From Synergistales bacterium (GTDB lineage: Bacteria; Synergistota; Synergistia; Synergistales; JAFGMB01): DNA of 64,000 nucleotides. Under the pieces are notes generated by a model that was given only the letters and a program-made list of their open reading frames with translations, had not been told where the DNA came from and made no database searches. Position numbers and translations under genes: made by a program. Positions 19,104 to 29,096 of this stretch are shown piece by piece. The stretch lies in NCBI GenBank assembly GCA_963666205.1, contig OY762654.1, positions 2,336,001 through 2,400,000 of the forward strand, written 5' to 3'. Each line of letters begins with the position of its first letter. Within the stretch, counting starts at the first letter, position 1.

Positions 19104-19397
19104 ATGGTGCTTGAAAACAATGTCAAGGTTGCAGGTTTGCTCCATCTTATCAAGGGGCACATGGAAGATGAGAACCAGCTTGGGCATTATGTCAATTTTT
19201 CTCTGAAACAGGATACTCCATGTGAAGATGGAAGAGTTCGCCACGATTTTCTGAGGATGAGGGCATACGATCCTGAAATTCAGGAATGGGTGAAAAGTCA
19301 GGCTGAAGGAACTCCTATAAGGGTTCAAGGAGAGGCGAAATCTTCATTGGGAAGCGGTGAAATGTATATCCTTGTAAGAAATATCGAAAAATTATAA
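19104..19397 (+). CDS. Small OB-fold protein (SSB/PriB-like)
   Basis: N.V.VAG, F.L, DF....Y and G..I.V.G pattern of SSB-type OB folds; no acidic tail. Confidence 0.6.
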   Translation: MVLENNVKVAGLLHLIKGHMEDENQLGHYVNFSLKQDTPCEDGRVRHDFLRMRAYDPEIQEWVKSQAEGTPIRVQGEAKSSLGSGEMYILVRNIEKL

Positions 19398-19460
19398 ATC
19401 CCTGGTTATATTCAAGGATATGGAACATTTACTCTCCAACTGTTACATCTAGAAAACCAG

Positions 19461-19493
19461 AGAGACCTCCGATAAGGGAGGTCTCTTCTTTTT
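19461..19493 (+). terminator. Rho-independent terminator
   Basis: AGAGACCTCC-gataag-GGAGGTCTCT followed by a T tract. Confidence 0.8.
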
Positions 19494-19553
19494 GGATTTC
19501 TGCTTCATAACACTTTATTCTTGCCAGAGTGCTTTTCGGTAACAGTATTTTTG

Positions 19554-19586
19554 AATCTTGACAAAACAAGTCGGGTATAGTAATCT
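19554..19586 (+). promoter_or_regulatory. Promoter of iscR-nifS-nifU with IscR type-1-like operator
   Basis: TTGACA (19558)-17 nt-TAATCT. The reverse complement of 19554-19578, ATACCCGACTTGTTTTGTCAAGATT, resembles the IscR type-1 consensus ATASYYGACTRwwwYAGTCRRSTAT. Confidence 0.7.
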
Positions 19587-19629
19587 TCGCTTGTATAAGC
19601 TTTCACAAGATTTCGGGATGGTGAAACTC

Positions 19630-20070
19630 ATGAAATTATCCACCAAAACACGTTACGGTATGAGAGCCATGATAGACCTTGCTCTCCTGCATGAATTTGA
19701 TGAACCTACAACTATCAGGGAAATAGCAAGGCGTAACAGGATCCCGGAAAGCTTTTTGGAACAGCTTCTGGGTAAACTGAGAAAAGAGGGGCTTGTACAG
19801 AGCATCAGGGGGCCTCAGGGTGGTTATATACTTGCAAAAGAACCTGAAGAAATCAGAGTTTCAGATATTATTAATTCCCTGGAGGGCCCAATAAGGCTTG
19901 CTGAATGTATAGAAGTTCCTCTATGCGGAGAGGCCAGGAACTGCCCATCCAGGGTGCTATGGACAAGGATCAGGGATAGTATCGACGAGATAACACAGAC
20001 CACTACTCTTAAAGATCTGATAAGCGAATATGGCGACTCTGCTGAAAGGAAGGGAATCTGTAATGACTAG
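19630..20070 (+). CDS. iscR: Rrf2 family regulator, IscR-like
   Basis: MKLSTKTRYG, SIRGPQGGY, three Cys (CIEVPLC...C); first gene of the nifSU operon. Confidence 0.85.
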   Translation: MKLSTKTRYGMRAMIDLALLHEFDEPTTIREIARRNRIPESFLEQLLGKLRKEGLVQSIRGPQGGYILAKEPEEIRVSDIINSLEGPIRLAECIEVPLCGEARNCPSRVLWTRIRDSIDEITQTTTLKDLISEYGDSAERKGICND

Positions 20071-21256
20071 AAAGGTATACATGGATAATGCTGCTACTAC
20101 CTATACTTCGCCTGAAGTGCTTGATGAGATGTTACCTTATTTTTCAGAATCTTTTGGTAATCCTTCTTCTATCTATTCTTTTTCCGAGGGGAATAAAAAG
20201 GCGTTGAACAACGCCAGACAGCGGGTAGCCAATGCTCTCAATGCTGACCCGGACGAAATATTCTTTACGAGTGGCGGTACAGAGTCTGATAACTGGGCTC
20301 TTAAGGGTATAGCATTTTCCCATAAAGACCAGGGCAACCATATAATTACTACAAGGATTGAACATCATGCTATTCTCCATTCTGCCGATTTTCTTGAAAA
20401 AAATGGTTTTGATGTTACCTATATCGGCGTAGATAAAAAGGGGCGGGTAGATCTTTCTGAACTGGAAAGATCTATAACGGATAAGACGATCCTTGTATCT
20501 GTGATGTTCGCGAATAATGAAGTTGGTACCATCCAGCCAATCCGGGAAATAGGATCAATGTGTCGGGAAAGGGGAGTTGCCTTTCATACAGATGCTGTTC
20601 AGGCAATGGGGCACGTTCCGGTTGATGTAAGGGAAATGAACATAGACCTCCTCTCCCTTTCTGCTCATAAATTCCATGGACCCAAAGGAGTGGGCGCGCT
20701 GTTCATAAGAAATGGACTCAGGATTGAGAACTTCATGCATGGCGGGGGACAGGAAAGGGGACGAAGGGCCAGTACTGAAAATGTGCCTGGTATAGTAGGG
20801 CTGGGCAAGGCTCTGGATATCTCTTTTTCAAAGCTTCAGGAAGAACATCGAAGGCTTTCCTGTATGAGAGACAGGCTAATCAATGGAATAATGGATGCTG
20901 TACCTCATGCGAAGCTTAATGGAGCAGTTGGAGCGGAGCGCCTTCCAAACAATATAAACTTCAGCTTTATAGGTGTTGAGGGAGAAACTCTTCTCTTTGA
21001 TCTGGACGGTGTTGGTATTTCGGCTTCGACTGGAAGTGCATGTTCTTCCGGTTCCCTTGATCCATCCCATGTTCTTATGTCTTTGGGATTGGATCATGCC
21101 ATGGCTCATGGTTCCTTGAGACTTTCCATGGGAGAGTCCACTTCCGAAGAGGATGTCGATTATGTTCTCGAGGTTCTTCCTGAGATCGTAAGAAAAAGAA
21201 GAGAAATGTCTCCTCTCTGGGAGGATTACCTTAAAAAGTTGGAAGAGGTGAAATAG
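20063..21256 (+). CDS. nifS: Cysteine desulfurase NifS/IscS
   Basis: YMDNAATT, SAHKFHGPKG and TGSACSSG. Confidence 0.96.
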   Translation: MTRKVYMDNAATTYTSPEVLDEMLPYFSESFGNPSSIYSFSEGNKKALNNARQRVANALNADPDEIFFTSGGTESDNWALKGIAFSHKDQGNHIITTRIEHHAILHSADFLEKNGFDVTYIGVDKKGRVDLSELERSITDKTILVSVMFANNEVGTIQPIREIGSMCRERGVAFHTDAVQAMGHVPVDVREMNIDLLSLSAHKFHGPKGVGALFIRNGLRIENFMHGGGQERGRRASTENVPGIVGLGKALDISFSKLQEEHRRLSCMRDRLINGIMDAVPHAKLNGAVGAERLPNNINFSFIGVEGETLLFDLDGVGISASTGSACSSGSLDPSHVLMSLGLDHAMAHGSLRLSMGESTSEEDVDYVLEVLPEIVRKRREMSPLWEDYLKKLEEVK

Positions 21257-21259
21257 ACG

Positions 21260-21685
21260 ATGTACTCGGAAAAGGTAATGGATCATTTCCGTAACCCAAG
21301 AAATGTGGGAGAAATAGAGAATGCGGATGGGATCGGTCAAGTAGGGAATCCCAAATGCGGAGACATAATGAAAGTTTATATCAAGGTTAAAGATGATGTT
21401 ATTGAAGATATAAAATTCAAGACTTTCGGGTGTGCTTCGGCCATAGCTTCATCCAGTATGGCCACGGAAATGGTGAAGGGGAAAAATGTGAGGGATGCCT
21501 GGGAACTTACCAACAGGGCAGTAGCTGAGGCGTTGGATGGCCTGCCTCCCGTAAAGATGCACTGTTCTCTTCTGGCCGAAGGAGCCATTCATAGTGCCAT
21601 AAATGATTACAGGAACCGTAATGGACTGGTGCCATGGGAAGAAGACAAGGTGCACAGGGCAGTAATGGAGGAACATGAACACTGA
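21260..21685 (+). CDS. nifU: Fe-S scaffold NifU/IscU
   Basis: GNPKCGD, FGCASAIAS and LPPVKMHCS. Confidence 0.96.
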   Translation: MYSEKVMDHFRNPRNVGEIENADGIGQVGNPKCGDIMKVYIKVKDDVIEDIKFKTFGCASAIASSSMATEMVKGKNVRDAWELTNRAVAEALDGLPPVKMHCSLLAEGAIHSAINDYRNRNGLVPWEEDKVHRAVMEEHEH

Positions 21686-21806
21686 TCAGGACTTTTTGAA
21701 TAATAGAAATGGAACTTTCCGATCAACTGTAATATGCCTAAGTTTCAGGATCTTTCTTAAATTAAGTAATTGACGGATCAAGTAGTTCCTGAGGAGGAAC
21801 AGGATC

Positions 21807-22694
21807 ATGGTTAAACTGAATTTTCATCGGCTTACAATATCGGATAGAGACAGTTATAAGGACTGTTTTAGACAATGTTCTGAACAGGCTTCCGACTACA
21901 GTTTTATTAACCTTTTCGCGTGGGATCATTATAGGCATTATGATATGGCCTTTGAGTCAGATCTTTGCTGGTTGAGAGTAAATAACCCGACAGAGAGCTA
22001 CTGGAGTCCCGTAGGTTCGTGGATTGATAGAGATTGGGAAAAGATCTTATCGGAAATCTTCCCTGAAGGGATCGTCCTTGAAAGGGTTCCGGAAAAACTT
22101 GCTGTGCAACTGAAAGGATTATTGGGGGAAAGGATCTCCCTGGAAGAAGAAAGATCAGAATGGGAATATATATACGACGTAAAGGATCTTATAGAATTAA
22201 AGGGTAACAGATTACATAAGAAAAAGAACCTTCTTAACCAGTTCAGGTCCAATTTTGACTGGAGATATAAAGATGTTGACCTTTCCGATGTTCGGATGAT
22301 CCTCGAAATGCAGAAAATATGGTGCGAATGGAAAAACTGTGACGGGAGTCCAGGCCTCAAGGCAGAACATGACGCCATCAAAAAAATATTGGAATACTGG
22401 GAAGATCTTCCAGGGTTGATTGGAGGGACACTGTTTGTGGGAGATGAGATGGTCGCATATACCATCGGTGAAGCTCTCGATAAAGAAACGGTTATCATCC
22501 ATTTTGAGAAGGGTCTTGGTGATTACAAAGGTGTCTATCAGGCTGTTAACAAGTTGTTCCTGGAGAGATCTGCTGTCCAGTTTCAGTGGGTAAACAGGGA
22601 GCAGGATATGGGAAATGAAGGGCTCAGAAAGGCAAAAATGTCCTATGAGCCTCATCATTTTCTGAAAAAATATCTTCTTTCCTGGAAACCGTAG
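21807..22694 (+). CDS. DUF2156 / stand-alone aminoacyl-phosphatidylglycerol-synthase-like GNAT protein
   Basis: EYIY..DL.EL.G..HKKKN, HFEKG and NREQDMG.EGLRKAK.SY.P. Confidence 0.88.
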   Translation: MVKLNFHRLTISDRDSYKDCFRQCSEQASDYSFINLFAWDHYRHYDMAFESDLCWLRVNNPTESYWSPVGSWIDRDWEKILSEIFPEGIVLERVPEKLAVQLKGLLGERISLEEERSEWEYIYDVKDLIELKGNRLHKKKNLLNQFRSNFDWRYKDVDLSDVRMILEMQKIWCEWKNCDGSPGLKAEHDAIKKILEYWEDLPGLIGGTLFVGDEMVAYTIGEALDKETVIIHFEKGLGDYKGVYQAVNKLFLERSAVQFQWVNREQDMGNEGLRKAKMSYEPHHFLKKYLLSWKP

Positions 22695-22889
22695 CCTGGA
22701 TCTATGAAAGGTTGAATTTCTCCGGATGGGTTTGAACCTGATTTATAGTAGTAAAATAAAGTCAGAAAAAAGCGGGTAATTTCCTCTTTTCTTTCTGACT
22801 TTAATATGTCCGGGATTGTTCAACCCAAGTATATATCAGGCCAGCTTCTTTGAAATATCAGAAATCCCTGACTTGACCAAAGAGGGGGT

Positions 22890-23345
22890 ATGGATATGAT
22901 TTTCAGGATCTTTTCAGGTTCTTTCAATTATGGAGATGTTATACCGGTGAAATTTACTTGTGAAGGGCAGGATCTGAGTCCTGATCTTGAATGGGATAAC
23001 GTTCCTCCAGGCACGGAAAGCTTTGTGCTTGTCTTTGATGATCCTGATGCTCCTTCCGGGACCTGGACTCACTGGGTAGTCTATGACATCCCCGGCAGAC
23101 TTAAAAGACTCAATGAGGGGGAAGTCGCTGGCAAGGAAGGGATTAACAGCTGGGGCCGCAAGGGATATGGTGGTCCGTGTCCTCCTCCCGGCCATGGGCC
23201 TCACAGGTATTTTTTGAAAATGTATGCTATTGATACCATAACAGTTGATCTTCCTTCAGGTGCGGCTATCGGAGAGATCAAGGCGGCCTTTAATGGACAT
23301 GTACTTGCTGTTGCAGAACACATGGGAACATATGAGAGGCGATGA
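22890..23345 (+). CDS. YbhB/YbcL family PEBP-like protein
   Basis: DPDAP, WTHW and YGGPCPPPGHGPHRY. Confidence 0.95.
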   Translation: MDMIFRIFSGSFNYGDVIPVKFTCEGQDLSPDLEWDNVPPGTESFVLVFDDPDAPSGTWTHWVVYDIPGRLKRLNEGEVAGKEGINSWGRKGYGGPCPPPGHGPHRYFLKMYAIDTITVDLPSGAAIGEIKAAFNGHVLAVAEHMGTYERR

Positions 23346-23348
23346 CAT

Positions 23349-23391
23349 AGGGCAGAGATGATGCGTGCTTTATTAAGGACATCTCTGCCCT
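23349..23391. terminator. Stem-loop between convergent ybhB and carB
   Basis: AGGGCAGAGATG...CATCTCTGCCCT, 12-bp stem. Confidence 0.6.
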
Positions 23392-23399
23392 GCATCATA

Positions 23400-26300
23400 T
23401 CAAAGACGATCCGAAGATAGTGCAATTGCGACGGCTGATGCTGCTTCAAGAGAGTGCAGGCATGGTATGCCTTCTTCTATGGCTGTCCGTCGGATGGCAT
23501 ATCCGTCTTTAATATTACCTGGATGAAGCCCCGGTAGATTAATTATCAGATCCCATTTCCTGTTTCTGATATCATCAAGAAGTTTTTCCCCCTTACGGGC
23601 AGAACCTACTTTTAATCCCCATTTCTCCAGAAGATCAGCTGTTCCTGGTGTAGCGTCCACATTCCAGCCATGGGAAGCAAAAAGAGCTGCTATAGCGGGT
23701 GTATCCCCTTTTCGCTCGTTTCTAACAGACAAAAGGATCCTTCCCTTCTCGGGGATCTTCCATTCAGATCCACGAAGTGCTTCCCATAAGGCCTGGCTTA
23801 CCGTTCCATGGACACCCAGTGCTTCTCCGGTAGATTGCATTTGTGGTCCCAGACGATGGTCCAGTCCGGGCAGCTTTTCCGTAGAAAATACAGGGGTTTT
23901 TACCCCAAAGGGGCCTTTATATTCATACAGACCTCTTTTGGAAAATGTATCCCGGAGCTTTTCTCCAAGAGCGATCCCTACAGCGATATCGACCATGGGT
24001 ATTTGTGTAAGTTTGCTGACAATCGGTATTGTTCTGCTAGCCCGGGGATTTGCTTCAATAACGTAAACAGTTCCCTGGTTCAAAACGAACTGGACATTCA
24101 TCAATCCTTTAAGATCAAGGTGTGAAGAGAGTTTCATTACCGATTCACAGATATCATTTCGCTGAGCATCGGTGAGTGAGATATCCGGAAATATAGCTAT
24201 AGAATCACCGGAATGAACCCCTGCCGGATCAAGGTGTTCAAAGATTCCAGGGATCAATACATCTTCTCCGTCACAAAGGGCATCAATCTCGAATTCTTTT
24301 CCAGGGAGAAAACGGTCGATCAGGATTTTCTGGTCCGGTTCTGCTGCAAATGCAGCTCTTACAACATCGAGAAATTCCTCAGACCGGTTGACCACCTGCA
24401 TAGCTATGCCCCCGATGACAAAATTAGGTCTTACCATTAATGGAAATCCTATATCTTTTGCTATCTCAAGGGCTTCAGCCTCCGTAGAAGCTGTATCTCC
24501 CTTGGGATGGAGAATAGCCAGTTTGTCAAGGATCGAAGCAAATCGTCCTCTGTCTTCCGTAGCATCAACTGAATCACATGTATTTCCAAGGATCCTGATG
24601 CCCCGTTTATCAAGCTGTTGTCCCATCTTCAGTGATGTCTGTCCCCCAAAAGAGGTGAACACACCGCTTATGCGTTCCCTCTCAAGGACATCCATTACAT
24701 CCTCTTCATGAATTGGTTCTACGTAGAGGGCATCCGAGATATCATGATCTGTACTGACCGTTTCCGGATTGTTATTTATCATTACCGCCCTGTAGTTTCT
24801 TTTCCGCACAGCTTCTACCGCTTTTACGCAGCAATAATCAAATTCAACTCCCTGTGCTATCCTTATTGCTCCTGAACCGATAACAGCAATGGCTGGTCTT
24901 TCGTCGGCAGGAAAGGGATCCCCTCCAGGTCCATAGGTCCCGTAATAATACCCTGAACCGCTTGGGATCTCTCCAGCACAACCGTCAACTTCCCTATAGG
25001 CCTTCTTTAATCCTGTATCAACTTTAATTTTCTGTACATTTTCAAGGTCTATTCCAGAAAAAAAAGCTATGGATTCGTCTGACAGTCCCATTTTCTTAGC
25101 CTGAATTAAATTCTTTTCGGATAATGGTGCATCTGATAATTTTCTTTCCAGATCTGAGATCTGTTTAAGCTGTTCTATGAAATAGGGATGGATCCAGGTC
25201 TTTTTGCTTATTTCAGAAGAGGTTATCCCTCTTCGTAGAAGTTGAAGGATGGACTGGATCCGTCTATCCGTGGGAAGCAGAACTTCTTTCCAGAGGCTGT
25301 CTTCTTCCATTTCAGAAATTATCTGATCCCTTAGCCTGTCCGGACCGTCAAGGGAACGGAAAGCCTTAAGAAGAGCCTGGTTGAAGGTAAGTCCCAGAGC
25401 AAGTACCTCTCCTGTAGCCTTCATTTTTGTGCCAAGGGTTGTATCAGCCTGTGGAAAACTATCAAAAGGCCAGCGTGGGAGTTTAACTACCACGTAATCC
25501 AGCGCAGGTTCAGAAAGGGAACTTCCAATGCCTGTTACAGGATTAGGCATTTCTGTCAATGTTTTTCCAAGAGCTATCTTCGCTGCCATCCTGGCTATTG
25601 GGTATCCTGTAGCCTTGCTTGCCAGTGCACTGGAACGGCTGGCCCTTGGATTTACTTCTATAACGGCATATTCATTTCCCTCTGGATGGAGAGCGAGCTG
25701 GACATTACAGGCACCTTCTACGCCAATAGCATCGACTATATCCAGAGAAGCTTTTCTGAGTTTCTGCCATTGTCTGTCGTTCAGTGTAAGAACAGGAGAT
25801 ACAACTATCGAATCACCAGTATGTATTCCCATGGGATCAATGTTTTCCATTGAGCAGACACAAAGAGAATTTCCTGTGCTATCCCTTACTACTTCTGCTT
25901 CTATCTCTCTCCATCCCTCCAGGTATCTCTCTACCAGGACCCTGTTAACCGGGGATGCTCTCAGTCCCACAGAGACCCTCTCTTTCAGTTCTTCGATATC
26001 CCTTGCCACTCCGCCTCCTGTTCCCCCAAGGGTAAAGTCGGGTCGGATTATGAAGGGATACTTATCGTTGGAACAAAAATCAAGGGCTTCTTCTACAGTT
26101 GAGACATATCTGCTTGGCACGACTGGTTGCCCTATGGAAAGCATGGTTCGCCGGAAAGCATCCCTACCCTCAGCTTTCAGGATCGAAGCCACTGGCGTTC
26201 CGAGGATGCGGGTTCCGTATGCAGCCCACATACCTGTTTCTTCACACTGTACACAGAGGTTGAGTGCTGTTTGTCCTCCCAGGGTTGCAACAACACCGTA

Positions 26301-26537
26301 AGGATGATGTTCATCCAATATGTCTTTGATTACATCAGCAGTTAGGGGTTGAATATATACCAGGTCTGCCATTGACTGGTCTGTCTGAATAGTAGCTGGA
26401 TTGCTGTTGAGAAGGATAACCTTTACTCCCTCTTCTTTCAGAGCTCTGCAGGCCTGGCTTCCGGAGTAGTCAAATTCGGCAGCCTGACCGATCCTTATAG
26501 GTCCTGAACCGAGCACTAATATGGTTTTGTCGGTCAT
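23400..26537 (-). CDS. carB: Carbamoyl-phosphate synthase large subunit
   Basis: GSGPIRIGQAAEFDYSG, two ATP-grasp domains (EVNPRASRSS, EANPRASRT), C-terminal MGS domain. Confidence 0.97.
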   Translation of the reverse strand: MTDKTILVLGSGPIRIGQAAEFDYSGSQACRALKEEGVKVILLNSNPATIQTDQSMADLVYIQPLTADVIKDILDEHHPYGVVATLGGQTALNLCVQCEETGMWAAYGTRILGTPVASILKAEGRDAFRRTMLSIGQPVVPSRYVSTVEEALDFCSNDKYPFIIRPDFTLGGTGGGVARDIEELKERVSVGLRASPVNRVLVERYLEGWREIEAEVVRDSTGNSLCVCSMENIDPMGIHTGDSIVVSPVLTLNDRQWQKLRKASLDIVDAIGVEGACNVQLALHPEGNEYAVIEVNPRASRSSALASKATGYPIARMAAKIALGKTLTEMPNPVTGIGSSLSEPALDYVVVKLPRWPFDSFPQADTTLGTKMKATGEVLALGLTFNQALLKAFRSLDGPDRLRDQIISEMEEDSLWKEVLLPTDRRIQSILQLLRRGITSSEISKKTWIHPYFIEQLKQISDLERKLSDAPLSEKNLIQAKKMGLSDESIAFFSGIDLENVQKIKVDTGLKKAYREVDGCAGEIPSGSGYYYGTYGPGGDPFPADERPAIAVIGSGAIRIAQGVEFDYCCVKAVEAVRKRNYRAVMINNNPETVSTDHDISDALYVEPIHEEDVMDVLERERISGVFTSFGGQTSLKMGQQLDKRGIRILGNTCDSVDATEDRGRFASILDKLAILHPKGDTASTEAEALEIAKDIGFPLMVRPNFVIGGIAMQVVNRSEEFLDVVRAAFAAEPDQKILIDRFLPGKEFEIDALCDGEDVLIPGIFEHLDPAGVHSGDSIAIFPDISLTDAQRNDICESVMKLSSHLDLKGLMNVQFVLNQGTVYVIEANPRASRTIPIVSKLTQIPMVDIAVGIALGEKLRDTFSKRGLYEYKGPFGVKTPVFSTEKLPGLDHRLGPQMQSTGEALGVHGTVSQALWEALRGSEWKIPEKGRILLSVRNERKGDTPAIAALFASHGWNVDATPGTADLLEKWGLKVGSARKGEKLLDDIRNRKWDLIINLPGLHPGNIKDGYAIRRTAIEEGIPCLHSLEAASAVAIALSSDRL

Positions 26538-27580
26538 TCCCGTTTACCTCCCGTTTTTTCAAGAAAATGATCGAAAAGAATACTTGCATCCCATGGACCT
26601 GGACTTGCTTCAGGGTGAAACTGAACTCCAAAAGCGTTGAACTTCTCATGTTCAACTCCTTCAACCGTTCCATCCGAGAGGTGGCGAAATGTTGTCTTTA
26701 AACCAGTTCCTTCAAGAGTTTCTTCAATTATGGCATAACCGTGGTTCTGACTTGTAACGTAGCCTTTCCCTGAATTCTCCTCAAGGACAGGCTGGTTTGC
26801 CCCCCTGTGGCCGTAGGGCAGTTTGGCTGTTTTGGCTCCGCATGAAAGAGCAAGAAGCTGAGTTCCAAGACATATGCCGAAAAGGGGTAGTTTTCCCAGA
26901 AGTTCCTTTATTGTATTTGTTTCTTCTTCCAGCAGGGAAGGATCCCCTGGTCCATTACTCAGGATAAGGCCATCAAGTTGGGATAAAAGTATTTTTTCAG
27001 AAGATGTGTTATGGGGAAGAAGGGTCACTCTGCAATTCCTTTTTTCAAGTTCCCGTACGATATTCTGTTTCACTCCGAAATCCAGGATGCCGATGTGAGT
27101 GTTCCCCTGGCCATGAGATATTATTTGTTTTACCGAAACATCTGAAACAAGGGAATTCGGCAGGGTGTTCATTGATGGGATAGAAATATCGTCTGAAATC
27201 CGACCCATAAGGGTTCCGCACTCTCTCAAATGAAGGATAAGTCCTCTGCAGTCAAGGTCTGATAAAAGGGGTACATTCCATTGTTCAAGCCATTGTTCAA
27301 GCTGGACTACTTCCTTTACGGGTGATATCTCCAGATTCTGAACAATGACCGCGGATATCCATGGTCTTGTGCCCTCGAGATGATCCAGGTCTACACCATA
27401 TATACCTATAGGAGGAAATGCGAAAACAAGTATCTGGCCTTTGTAGGAAGGATCGCTCAGAGATTGTGGATAGCCTCCGTTTGCGGTGGTAAAGACAACT
27501 TCTCCCTCAATATTCTGCAGAGGAGTTCTACTGGAACCTGACCAGAATGTTCCGTCTGACAGGGTAAGCCAGTATTTCAT
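26534..27580 (-). CDS. carA: Carbamoyl-phosphate synthase small subunit
   Basis: GEVVFTT, SNGPGDP, GICLG and QFHPEASPGP; RBS GGAGGTG before ATG 27580. Confidence 0.97.
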   Translation of the reverse strand: MKYWLTLSDGTFWSGSSRTPLQNIEGEVVFTTANGGYPQSLSDPSYKGQILVFAFPPIGIYGVDLDHLEGTRPWISAVIVQNLEISPVKEVVQLEQWLEQWNVPLLSDLDCRGLILHLRECGTLMGRISDDISIPSMNTLPNSLVSDVSVKQIISHGQGNTHIGILDFGVKQNIVRELEKRNCRVTLLPHNTSSEKILLSQLDGLILSNGPGDPSLLEEETNTIKELLGKLPLFGICLGTQLLALSCGAKTAKLPYGHRGANQPVLEENSGKGYVTSQNHGYAIIEETLEGTGLKTTFRHLSDGTVEGVEHEKFNAFGVQFHPEASPGPWDASILFDHFLEKTGGKRE

Positions 27581-27660
27581 TTCGTACACCTCCCGAAGTA
27601 ATAGTAAAATAAAGTTAAAAAAAATCAGAAACATTAACCAATGTTTATATTTTCCGGGTA

Positions 27661-27688
27661 ATTATACATGTAACGAGGGATAAGTCAA
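27661..27688 (-). promoter_or_regulatory. Sigma70 promoter of carAB
   Basis: TTGACT-16 nt-TATAAT on the minus strand. Confidence 0.6.
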
Positions 27689-27738
27689 CACGAATAATAG
27701 TCATGGTGAATTCTGTCTTGGATCTGTTGCTCACAAAA

Positions 27739-27771
27739 TGTCCCGGAACATCAATTGATCGTTCCGGGACA
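27739..27771 (-). terminator. Terminator after the DHOD-like gene
   Basis: TGTCCCGGAAC...GTTCCGGGACA followed by TTTT on the minus strand. Confidence 0.7.
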
Positions 27772-27804
27772 GTGTAACCTTTTCTCTCGGAAATGAAAAG
27801 AAAT

Positions 27805-28818
27805 TCAGAAAAGGGGATAATCTCCTATGCTTTTTCCAGAATCAAGAAGGATCTTAACATATTGTGCCCTTTCATATGCATATGGATCGGTGCTTTGACT
27901 CCTGTCCATAATCCCTCTGAAACTTTCCAGATCTTCAAAACCGTTATTTCTCATCCACTCATGGATCTCTTCGAGAACTGAACCAAGCCAGGATATACTG
28001 TGAAGGTAGAGTGAGCTTACCATCTGAACACAGTTTGCTCCTGCAAGGATCATCTTGATTACGTCTTTTCCAGAATGGATTCCGGTGCTGCAGCAGATAT
28101 CACCCTTCAGCCTTCCATGCAAAAGAGCTGCAAAGCGCATAGGAAGCCTGTTCTCGAGGGGGCTACTGAGATCAAAAGTATATCTGGAAGATCTGTCATA
28201 AATGTCTATATCGGGTTGGAAAAAACGGTTGAACAGGATAAATGCATCTGCTCCGGCTCTGTCCATTTTTACCATCACATTCAGCGGATTAGTGTAAAAG
28301 GGACTCAGCTTTACGCTTACAGGAATGTTTATTGATTCCTTGACTTTACGGATTATTCTGACCTCATTATCCTCAAGATCTGAGGATGTTCTGTCAAATC
28401 TTAGAGGAACGGAATAAAAATTAAGTTCAAGTCCATCTATTCCAGTTGATTCAAGCCTTTTGGCCCAATCCACCCATATTTCTTCCCTGGTTGCGTTAAG
28501 GCTTGCGAATACAGGAATACTCAGGTTTTCCCTGGCTTTCTGTACCCATTTCAGATGTTCTTCCGGGATGGAAAGATCATCCTGCGATGGTAGATTCAGT
28601 TCTGTCTGATGCATTCCCCCAAGATCCAGAAAAGAATCTTCGAGCCTTTCTGTTTCTGTGTTTATCTGTTCTTCAAAAAGAGATGCAGTTACTATGGCCG
28701 CAGCTCCCTCTTCTTCAATTTTTTTTAAAAGGTCCATATCTGCAGTAAGCTTACTTGCTCCAACGATAAGGGGATTTTTTAATTCTATGCCCATATAACT
28801 GGTTTTAAGCTCAGTCAT
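27805..28818 (-). CDS. Dihydroorotate dehydrogenase-like flavoprotein
   Basis: LKNPL, SLFEEQI, VKLSP, LFNRFFQPDID and AGA..VQ..S motifs; ELNFY rather than the catalytic-Cys loop of PyrD. Confidence 0.9.
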   Translation of the reverse strand: MTELKTSYMGIELKNPLIVGASKLTADMDLLKKIEEEGAAAIVTASLFEEQINTETERLEDSFLDLGGMHQTELNLPSQDDLSIPEEHLKWVQKARENLSIPVFASLNATREEIWVDWAKRLESTGIDGLELNFYSVPLRFDRTSSDLEDNEVRIIRKVKESINIPVSVKLSPFYTNPLNVMVKMDRAGADAFILFNRFFQPDIDIYDRSSRYTFDLSSPLENRLPMRFAALLHGRLKGDICCSTGIHSGKDVIKMILAGANCVQMVSSLYLHSISWLGSVLEEIHEWMRNNGFEDLESFRGIMDRSQSTDPYAYERAQYVKILLDSGKSIGDYPLF

Positions 28819-28958
28819 TTATAATACCTCCCTTTACCATTCAATAGTATTCCCTCGTTAAATTGTATCCTACTGATGCAACCATATCAACATTTTACTA
28901 CAAAGATGTGTGAAACACGTCTTATCTGGAAATAAGAGTATTTCAGCCTAGCGAGTAG

Positions 28959-29096
28959 TTAGCCAGCCCTGGTTATGAAAAGAGAAAACCTTTCTTCTTC
29001 AGAATAGGTGGCTAATGATCTTGTCCCGAGTTCACTAAAGGCCTTCAATACTTTAATAGCTATTTCTCCACGATTTGCTCCAGGAAGCCTCTTTAT
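28959..29096 (-). pseudogene. Remnant of a pyruvate carboxylase/biotin carboxylase N-terminus
   Basis: Translates IKRLPGANRGEIAIKVLKAFSELGTRSLATYSEEERFSLFITRAG-stop, with the ANRGEIA signature and no start codon or continuation. Confidence 0.8.

Noticed and set aside
25528-26301. 257-aa plus-strand ORF
   Set aside because: Antisense shadow of carB.
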